13,092 nucleotides of DNA from Candidatus Zixiibacteriota bacterium (GTDB lineage: Bacteria > Zixibacteria > MSB-5A5 > UBA10806 > 4484-95): contig JAOZPT010000059.1 in the NCBI GenBank assembly GCA_029932605.1, positions 1-13,092 on the forward strand, given 5' to 3'. The notes below the pieces were generated by a model. The model did no database searches. It was not told the origin of the DNA and saw only the letters and a list, made by a program, of their open reading frames with translations. Positions 1 to 6,312 of this stretch are shown here, piece after piece (positions within the stretch are counted from its first letter, which is position 1; the number at the start of each line of letters is the position of its first letter). A program made the translations under genes and the position numbers.

Positions 1-82
1 TGTAAAACCCACCATCCGCTAAGGCCACGGTTGAGACGAAAATTACAAAGATTAAGCCTAAAAGAAGATTTCTTGCCGACAT
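1..82 (-). CDS. 5' end of a secreted/exported protein of unknown function (partial, runs off the left edge)
   Basis: Not in the ORF track. Manual translation from ATG at 82..80 gives MSARNLLLGLIFVIFVSTVALADGGFY: basic n-region, hydrophobic h-region and an A-L-A signal peptidase I site. SD AGGAGG at 96..91, 8 nt upstream. Confidence 0.85.
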   Translation of the reverse strand, partial: MSARNLLLGLIFVIFVSTVALADGGFY

Positions 83-189
83 GACTAAACCCTCCTTCGG
101 TCAGTCAATTAAATTTTATACCCTCAACCAATTTTTAATACCAGCATATCATTATTAATACCGGTGGAGCGCGACCTTGAAAATTCCAA

Positions 190-219
190 ATTATGGGGGG
201 GTATTCAGCATATTGTCAA
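190..219 (-). promoter_or_regulatory. Putative sigma70 promoter (proximal) for the secreted-protein gene
   Basis: Minus strand TTGACA (219..214), 18 nt spacer, CATAAT (195..190). A C7 run spans the spacer end and the -10 box. Confidence 0.45.
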
Positions 220-247
220 TACCTTGCTTAACTTTAAATACATTCGT

Positions 248-276
248 AAAATATTTATTTGACTTAGGAATGTCAA
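248..276 (-). promoter_or_regulatory. Putative sigma70 promoter (distal) for the secreted-protein gene
   Basis: Minus strand TTGACA (276..271), 17 nt spacer, TATTTT (253..248). AT-rich upstream sequence. Confidence 0.45.
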
Positions 277-288
277 GAAAAATATTAT
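259..288 (+). promoter_or_regulatory. Putative divergent sigma70 promoter pointing into the repeat region
   Basis: Plus strand TTGACT (259..264), 18 nt spacer, TATTAT (283..288). The region is AT-rich, so a chance match is possible. Confidence 0.3.
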
Positions 289-291
289 ATT

Positions 292-421
292 AATAGAAGT
301 GTAAGTGAAACATTAGCTGACTGTATATAATATAGAAACTGTCAGGTCACACCCTTACTACAGGCACGACCTGACAGAACTTAAAATAGAAGTGTAAGTG
401 AAACATGAGCTGACTGTATAT
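292..421. repeat. Two 37-bp direct repeats (292..328 and 385..421), 36/37 identical, separated by 56 bp
   Basis: AATAGAAGTGTAAGTGAAACAT(T/G)AGCTGACTGTATAT read directly. The single mismatch is T314 versus G407. Confidence 0.95.
339..377. repeat. Inverted repeat/hairpin between the direct repeats
   Basis: CTGTCAGGTC (339..348) and GACCTGACAG (368..377) form perfect 10-bp arms. On the minus strand the stem extends 6 more pairs, 4 of them G-U (GTGCCT/GGGTGT). Confidence 0.9.
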
Positions 422-442
422 GGGAACTATCAAGGGAAAACA

Positions 443-468
443 GTAGGTCGGGTTCCGAAGAAACCCGA
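443..468 (+). repeat. GTAG-led palindrome, REP-like
   Basis: GTAG-G-TCGGGTT-CCGAAGA-AACCCGA: a GTAG tetranucleotide followed by a GC-rich 7-bp palindrome, the layout of GTAG-family REP elements. Single copy in this window. Confidence 0.5.
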
Positions 469-526
469 ATAATTATCCTGAAATGTCATCCAACCATTTC
501 ATGAAAGATAACATTTAAATGTATAT

Positions 527-862
527 TCAAGGCAAAAGTTTTAAAAGCTCTTCAACCTCCGAGCGTATTTCCGTGATAAGCTTCAATGCCATCTCTGATT
601 TGACCTTATCCTTAGAGTCTTTCCCTGTGCTCTTCAGATAGTTTCTCGCTCCCTCGATAGTAAAGCCCCTGTCATACAAGAGATGTTTGATTTGAAGTAA
701 TTGCTCGATATCCTTACGCTGGTAAGTCCGGTTGCCGGCGCGGTTCTTTTTCGGGTGAAGCTGAGGAAATTCTTTTTCCCAGAACCTCAGCACATAGGCC
801 TCAAGGTCCAACATCCGGGCGACCTCGGATATCGAATAATACATCTTGCTTTCAGCGCTCAA
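527..862 (-). CDS. Small MerR-family HTH transcriptional regulator
   Basis: N-terminal YYSISEVARMLDLEAYVLRFWEKEFPQLHPKKNRAGNRTY is a MerR wHTH of the type usually found after pheT-ihfA. The TTG start overlaps the xseA TGA (TTGA), with GAGGTG upstream. An ATG at 844 is an alternative start. Confidence 0.9.
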   Translation of the reverse strand: MSAESKMYYSISEVARMLDLEAYVLRFWEKEFPQLHPKKNRAGNRTYQRKDIEQLLQIKHLLYDRGFTIEGARNYLKSTGKDSKDKVKSEMALKLITEIRSEVEELLKLLP

Positions 863-2064
863 TTGTCACCTCTGATTTTTGTAACTCCAGCGGTAAATCC
901 GCCTTTATATAGTCTGACATCAACTTCATCACCTATAGCCACCTCTACATACGACTTAATATTTACGCCTGTTACCGGAGACGATACATAGGCATATCCC
1001 CGATTCATAATATTTACCGGCGAGGCCGATTCCAACCGTGACGTTAAAACAGAAAGCCGGCTTTTAAACTTTTCAATCATATAAGAAGCTGTCTTATGGA
1101 AACTCTGGGTCAACTCATCCAGCCGTTGAGTGCGGGTGGTGATTATCTCCATCGGTTTACGTAAACCATAACGTGCGGTTAAACCTTTAAGTCTGTCTTT
1201 ACCGGATTGTATATTATCAAATTGAATCTGGCATAGTCGCCGATATCTTTCAACGAAATGCCCTTTTAACTCGCTTCCATCGGGAACGGCCATTTCAGCA
1301 GCTGCTGAAGGAGTTGGTGCTCTCAGGTCAGCTACAAAATCTGCAATTGTGAAATCAACCTGATGTCCCACCGCTGAGATTACAGGCAACTCTGAGCTAA
1401 AAATCGCTCGTGCAGTACTCTCCTCGTTAAATGGCCAGAGGTCTTCTATAGAACCACCGCCTCTCCCCACTATAAGAAGGTCAACCTCTTTGAAACTGTT
1501 AAACTCATTAATCGCCTCAACAATATCAGCAGAGGCTCCCTCTCCCTGCACCAATGTAGGCCGAATGACGATTTCTACCCACGGCGCCCGTCGACTAATT
1601 ATATCTATTATATCCCTGATTGCTGCACCAGTCGGTGAGGTTATAACACCTATCTTTTCAGGATATTCGGGAATCGGCTTCTTACGACTCTCATCAAACA
1701 AACCCTCCTTCTCTAATTTCATCTTCAACTGCTGAAATGCTATCTCAAGCTCACCTACTCCAGCTGGTTGCATTGTTGAAACCACAAGTTGATACTGGCC
1801 TGATTTCTCATATACGGTCACCTGGCCACAGGCTTTTACTTTCATCCCATTCTCCGGCTCGAAAGACAAGTACCTACCCATGCCTTTCCACATCACGCAT
1901 CTTATCTGGGCGTTTTCATCCTTAAGAGTGAAATATTTATGGCCGGAAGTATGCTGGATATAATTAGAGATTTCCCCCTCAACCCATAACCTGGGGAAAT
2001 TGTCTTCAAGTAATAATTTAATGGATTTTGTTAACTCTGTGACCGATAAGACATTATTGGACAT
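859..2064 (-). CDS. xseA: Exodeoxyribonuclease VII large subunit
   Basis: OB-fold N-terminus (WVEGEISN, SGHKYFTLKD), ITSPTGAAIRD, GRGGGSIEDLWPFN, SAVGHQVD and RAPTPSAAAE motifs. Confidence 0.97.
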   Translation of the reverse strand: MSNNVLSVTELTKSIKLLLEDNFPRLWVEGEISNYIQHTSGHKYFTLKDENAQIRCVMWKGMGRYLSFEPENGMKVKACGQVTVYEKSGQYQLVVSTMQPAGVGELEIAFQQLKMKLEKEGLFDESRKKPIPEYPEKIGVITSPTGAAIRDIIDIISRRAPWVEIVIRPTLVQGEGASADIVEAINEFNSFKEVDLLIVGRGGGSIEDLWPFNEESTARAIFSSELPVISAVGHQVDFTIADFVADLRAPTPSAAAEMAVPDGSELKGHFVERYRRLCQIQFDNIQSGKDRLKGLTARYGLRKPMEIITTRTQRLDELTQSFHKTASYMIEKFKSRLSVLTSRLESASPVNIMNRGYAYVSSPVTGVNIKSYVEVAIGDEVDVRLYKGGFTAGVTKIRGDN

Positions 2065-2065
2065 A

Positions 2066-2941
2066 TCATAATCCTTGTTTTGTCGCCTTAACCGTGTTGC
2101 TTAAAAGCATTGCTATCGTCATTGGACCGACACCACCCGGCACTGGTGTAATTGCCCCGGCAATCTCCTTAACCTCTTCGAAATCGACATCACCAACAAG
2201 TCTCTCTCCCTTAGGATGGTTTGGATCGGGTATTTTATTTGTGCCAACATCGACAACTACAGCTCCTGGTTTTACCATTTCTTTTGTTACGTATTTAGCT
2301 TTCCCCATCGCCGCAACAAGGATATCGGCCTGACGGGCAATTTTGTATATATCAGGTGTCCCGGTATGGCAGAGCGTAACGGTTGCGTTCCCTTTCTGAT
2401 TTTTTAAAGCTAAAAGCACCGCCAGCGGTCTGCCGACAAGATACCCACGACCAAGGATAACAACATGTTTGCCCGCCGGTTTATTCCCTGAACGCCATAA
2501 AAGCTCGACTATTCCCGATGGGGTAGCCGGTAAAAACATTGGCCTGCCAGCGAGCATCAAACCCTGGTTGATAGGATGGAAACCATCAACATCCTTCCTC
2601 GGATCAACCCGTAATATAGCTTTACCCTCATCGATATGTTCTGGTAATGGGGATTGGATAAGGATACCATGGATATCATCACGCTTGTTTAGTGAATCTA
2701 TCAGGTTTAAAAGTTCTGCTTCGGGGTAATCATCTGGTTTGGTTATTTTCTCTGAGTAAATTCCCAGTTTATTACAGGCTTTTTGTTTCATGTTAACGTA
2801 TAACGCAGAAGCCGGGTTATTCCCTACCAATACAGCTGCCAAACCGGGCACAATGCCAGCCTCTTTAAGCTTCAATATCTCCTCTTTTAGTTCAGTTTTG
2901 ATCTGTTGTGCAATCCTCTTACCGTCGATAATAACCGCCAT
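2066..2941 (-). CDS. folD: Bifunctional methylenetetrahydrofolate dehydrogenase/cyclohydrolase
   Basis: IIDGK start, YVNMK (YxxxK), KDVDGFHPIN, LVGDVDF and TPVPGGVGPMT motifs. Start overlaps the upstream stop (TAATG). Confidence 0.97.
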   Translation of the reverse strand: MAVIIDGKRIAQQIKTELKEEILKLKEAGIVPGLAAVLVGNNPASALYVNMKQKACNKLGIYSEKITKPDDYPEAELLNLIDSLNKRDDIHGILIQSPLPEHIDEGKAILRVDPRKDVDGFHPINQGLMLAGRPMFLPATPSGIVELLWRSGNKPAGKHVVILGRGYLVGRPLAVLLALKNQKGNATVTLCHTGTPDIYKIARQADILVAAMGKAKYVTKEMVKPGAVVVDVGTNKIPDPNHPKGERLVGDVDFEEVKEIAGAITPVPGGVGPMTIAMLLSNTVKATKQGL

Positions 2942-3756
2942 TAAAACCTCTGCACCTGTTTACGTTCATCTTGCTTAACATCCAGTAATATTCGTTCAAT
3001 GGACAAGCATTTGCCTTTCAATTCATCGATTTCAAGCACCGCACCAGCAAATTTAATATTACGGTCAGCAACATGCAACCTGTTTGGCCTGCCCTTTAAC
3101 ATGCGAAACAATGAATCCTCAACCTTCATCCCAATAACGGAGTCATACGAACCGCACATACCAACATCAGTGATAAAACCGGTTCCACCCGGAAGAATTC
3201 TTGCCTCGGCAGATTGCACATGCGTATGTGTACCTATCACCGCCGAAACACGACCATCAAGATACCAACCCATCGCCTGCTTTTCGCTTGTAGCCTCAGC
3301 ATGGAAATCGACTATTACTATATCAAGCTCGTTGTTTAACTCATCTAATATCTTGTTAACTATTTGAAAAGGGCAATCGATATCATTCATAAATATTCGC
3401 CCCTGAAGGTTTATCACCACCAATTGGTCATCAGTTCTGGCTTTAAAGACACGCCAGCCAAAACCAGGACTTCCAGGAGGATAATTAGCCGGACGAATAA
3501 GATTGTGTTCATCATTTAATATCTTGTAAATTTCAGGGCGATCCCAAATATGATTTCCTGAGGTCATGCAATCAAAATTCAGTCCCGATAATTTCTTCAT
3601 GGTTTCTTTATTGACACCAAAACCTCCAGCTGCATTTTCAACATTAGCAACAACAAAATCAAATTCCTGCCCGCCATTTCTAAATCCTGAAAGAGTCTCT
3701 CTAACAGCCCTTATACCGGGGTCCCCCACCAAGTCACCAATGAAAAGAACTCTCAT
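2941..3756 (-). CDS. ymdB: YmdB/TIGR00282-family calcineurin-like metallophosphoesterase (2',3'-cyclic nucleotide phosphodiesterase-like)
   Basis: FIGDLVG, NVENAAGG, TSGNHIWD, RPANYP, DFHAEATSEK and GTHTHV motifs. Conserved position downstream of rny. Confidence 0.93.
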   Translation of the reverse strand: MRVLFIGDLVGDPGIRAVRETLSGFRNGGQEFDFVVANVENAAGGFGVNKETMKKLSGLNFDCMTSGNHIWDRPEIYKILNDEHNLIRPANYPPGSPGFGWRVFKARTDDQLVVINLQGRIFMNDIDCPFQIVNKILDELNNELDIVIVDFHAEATSEKQAMGWYLDGRVSAVIGTHTHVQSAEARILPGGTGFITDVGMCGSYDSVIGMKVEDSLFRMLKGRPNRLHVADRNIKFAGAVLEIDELKGKCLSIERILLDVKQDERKQVQRF

Positions 3757-3792
3757 TTTTACCTTTCTGTCAGGTTATTGATAAATCTGTGA

Positions 3793-3858
3793 AGCATATG
3801 TATAAATCCTGTCCCTAGCATATACATAAAAATACAACTGGTATAAATATAATACCAG
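3793..3858. promoter_or_regulatory. Palindrome/repeat cluster with a putative extended -10 upstream of ymdB
   Basis: CTGGTAT-N7-ATACCAG (3838..3858) contains minus-strand TG-G-TATTAT. Also TATGTATA/TATACATA (3797..3804, 3821..3828) and a 12/14 direct repeat AGCATATnnATAAA at 3793 and 3817. Confidence 0.35.
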
Positions 3859-4065
3859 CACTTTGACAACGACTAACAACCTTATCTGTTTTAAATTGAA
3901 CGGAAGCGAATTTAAGTTACCGAAAAAACCGTTATTAGCTTTTGTGTTTACTGCATTATCCTCGCAGCCGGATTTTTCAAGGTTTCTTTTTACATAAGCA
4001 GCAAACGTATTTCGTCGTGGAGATATTCCAAAAATCACAAATTCACCTGATGGAAAAAATCATCC

Positions 4066-5634
4066 TTATTTGGCGTACTCAATACTCCTGGTTTCTCTTA
4101 TTACGGTGACTTTAATCTGGCCCGGGTATTCAAGTTCCGATTCTATCTTTCGGGCAATTTCACTTGCCAGCTGTGAACAACCAACATCGTCAATTTTATC
4201 AGATTCAACTATTACTCTTATCTCGCGACCGGCTTGAATTGCATAAGCTTTGCCCACCCCGCTAAATGAATCTGCCATTTCTTCAAGTTTCTCAAGGCGT
4301 TTGATATAACCTTCAAGTGTTTCTCGACGGGCTCCAGGACGAGCACCAGAAATGGCATCAGCTGCCTGCACCAACACCGCATATGGTGTTTCCATCGGCA
4401 CGTCTTCATGATGGCTGGCTATTGCATTTAATACGGCTGGATTCTCATTAAATTTCGATATAAAATCAACGCCTAACTGTGTATGCGTGCCTTCAGTCTC
4501 ACGGTCGATCGCTTTACCTATATCGTGCAATAATCCGGCCCGCTTGGCAATGTTACTATCAAGGCCAAGTTCAGCTGCCATTATCCCACATAAAAAAGCA
4601 ACCTCCTTGGAATGTTGTAAGACATTTTGCCCGTAGCTGGTGCGGAAATTTAGCTTACCCAGTAGATTGACAATCTCAGGATTAAGACCGTGAACACCAA
4701 CATCGAAACAAGCCTGCTCACCCGTTTCCCTGATGATTACTTCCATCTCCTTTTCAGCTTTGGCTACAACTTCCTCAATACGCGCCGGATGAATACGGCC
4801 ATCCATTATAAGTTTCTCCAGCGTAATCCGGGCAACCTCACGTCGGATTGGGTCATATCCCGAAAGGATAACCGCCTCCGGTGTATCATCAACGATGACA
4901 TCAATACCGGTAGCGGTTTCAATCGAACGGATATTCCTTCCCTCCCGGCCAATTATCCTGCCCTTCATCTCATCCGTAGGAAGATTTACCACTGAGACAC
5001 ACGATTCCATAGTGTAGTCTGCAGCACATCTCTGGATAGCCTGGATGATGATATTCTTGGCTTCTTTTTCGGCTTCGCGCTCAGCCTGGTCTTTTATCTC
5101 CTTTATAAACTGCGCAGCATCCCGCCGAGCCTCAGCCTCAAGGTTTTGCAAAAGCAGTTTCTTAGCCTCTTCAGCAGTCATTCCAGCGATTTTCTCAAGC
5201 TGTATATTTTGCTCGGCAATCAAGGTTTCGAGCTGTTTTTCCTTATGTAAATTTGCTCTCTCTTTGGCAATTAAGGCTGTTTCCCGCGAGGAGATATCCC
5301 TTTCCTTGATATTTAAAATATCAACCTTACGATTAAGAGACTGCTCTTTATCCTTAAGACGAGATTCCAAGCGGTGTATTTCGTTACGCTTGTCACTGGT
5401 CTCTTTGTCAAACTTTGCCTTTTCCTTAAGCCAGTGGTCTTTGGCCTCCAACATAGCCTCTTTTTTCTTGACCCTGGCTTCCTTCTCCGCTTCGGATACA
5501 ATCCGAGAAGCCATTTCCTCGGCTCTGGCAATTTTTTTCTCACCACTACGCCGGGCAATAACAAGGCCAATAATAAAAGCCACAATGACAAGTATAGCGG
5601 CAACTACTATGATAATGATATTAACAGATTCCAT
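4066..5634 (-). CDS. rny: Ribonuclease Y
   Basis: N-terminal TM anchor, long coiled coil, KH domain ([14 protein letters not shown]), HD domain (LLHDIGKA) and [22 protein letters not shown]. Confidence 0.98.
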   Translation of the reverse strand: MESVNIIIIVVAAILVIVAFIIGLVIARRSGEKKIARAEEMASRIVSEAEKEARVKKKEAMLEAKDHWLKEKAKFDKETSDKRNEIHRLESRLKDKEQSLNRKVDILNIKERDISSRETALIAKERANLHKEKQLETLIAEQNIQLEKIAGMTAEEAKKLLLQNLEAEARRDAAQFIKEIKDQAEREAEKEAKNIIIQAIQRCAADYTMESCVSVVNLPTDEMKGRIIGREGRNIRSIETATGIDVIVDDTPEAVILSGYDPIRREVARITLEKLIMDGRIHPARIEEVVAKAEKEMEVIIRETGEQACFDVGVHGLNPEIVNLLGKLNFRTSYGQNVLQHSKEVAFLCGIMAAELGLDSNIAKRAGLLHDIGKAIDRETEGTHTQLGVDFISKFNENPAVLNAIASHHEDVPMETPYAVLVQAADAISGARPGARRETLEGYIKRLEKLEEMADSFSGVGKAYAIQAGREIRVIVESDKIDDVGCSQLASEIARKIESELEYPGQIKVTVIRETRSIEYAK

Positions 5635-5663
5635 TGCGCCTCCTTTAGGCGTATGGAGAGAGG

Positions 5664-5942
5664 CTAATCCTCAAGAGCAGCGTAAAGGATATCGGCAAGC
5701 CTATTTGTCTTCGCTATAAGTTCTGAGGGTATCTGCCGACGAGTTTGAAGTAATTCGTCGGCAATGTTAAGAGCGGTCAAAACTGCCACACGCATATCAG
5801 ATTGTTCAACCATCTTTGACGAAATTTCTTGCATCTTCTTATCAACATAAACAGCAGCATTCTTTATATCTTCATGACCGGTATCGGCCTTAAGTGCATA
5901 TTCAGTGCCAAATATCTTTACCTTAATTTTACTTTTCTCCAT
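5664..5942 (-). CDS. zapA: Cell division protein ZapA
   Basis: [21 protein letters not shown] and [12 protein letters not shown] signatures. 92 aa, located between pheT and rny. Confidence 0.92.
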   Translation of the reverse strand: MEKSKIKVKIFGTEYALKADTGHEDIKNAAVYVDKKMQEISSKMVEQSDMRVAVLTALNIADELLQTRRQIPSELIAKTNRLADILYAALED

Positions 5943-5979
5943 CAGATTAATAAACCTCTACCCAAATCTATAATCAAGG

Positions 5980-6285
5980 TTAACTCTCCAAAATGTAACT
6001 TTGCTCAAAAGCAGATAATTTTGTTGCTAAACGTTTTAATCTTTGCTTTATAGTCCTTTCTCTTACTTGCCATGATTTTTCATCAGCTGATGTCATTTTC
6101 TGAAGCTCATCTTTTAACCTCTGAGTCTTCTTCTCATTTATCGCCAGCAAGCGTCTTAACTCGCTCACTTCATCTTTTAAACCTTTATTTTCAGCCTTCA
6201 GCTTCGCCAACTTGTTTACCGAAGCTTTAACAGCCCCATCTAATCTTTTAAGTCCATCGTTAACATCATCTTCATTGTTTCCCAT
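5980..6285 (-). CDS. Coiled-coil protein, ZapB-like by position and composition
   Basis: 101 aa with a heptad pattern (LAKLKAENKGLKDEVSELRRLL). SD AGGGGAG upstream. Lies directly upstream of zapA. The ZapB assignment is inference. Confidence 0.7.
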   Translation of the reverse strand: MGNNEDDVNDGLKRLDGAVKASVNKLAKLKAENKGLKDEVSELRRLLAINEKKTQRLKDELQKMTSADEKSWQVRERTIKQRLKRLATKLSAFEQSYILES

Positions 6286-6312
6286 AAAACTCCCCTATCT
6301 ATGTGAAAATTA

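Noticed and set aside
292..421. Calling the 37-bp repeats a CRISPR array
   Set aside because: Only two repeats, a 56-bp spacer that is itself a hairpin, GAAAC internal rather than terminal, and no cas genes in the window.
3765..3775. 11-nt complementarity between the ymdB RBS-proximal region and the hairpin arm at 369..379 (ACCTGACAGAA), suggesting an sRNA-target pair
   Set aside because: 11-mer matches are expected by chance in 13 kb, and the arm would be paired within its own stem.
3757..4065. 6S RNA in the rny-ymdB gap
   Set aside because: The gap is AT-rich, and I could not find the long end-to-end rod-like pairing typical of 6S RNA by eye.
5045..5719. 224-aa plus-strand ORF
   Set aside because: It is antisense to the rny coiled coil. 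Its Ser/Leu/Phe-rich composition is the expected mirror of Glu/Lys/Arg codons.
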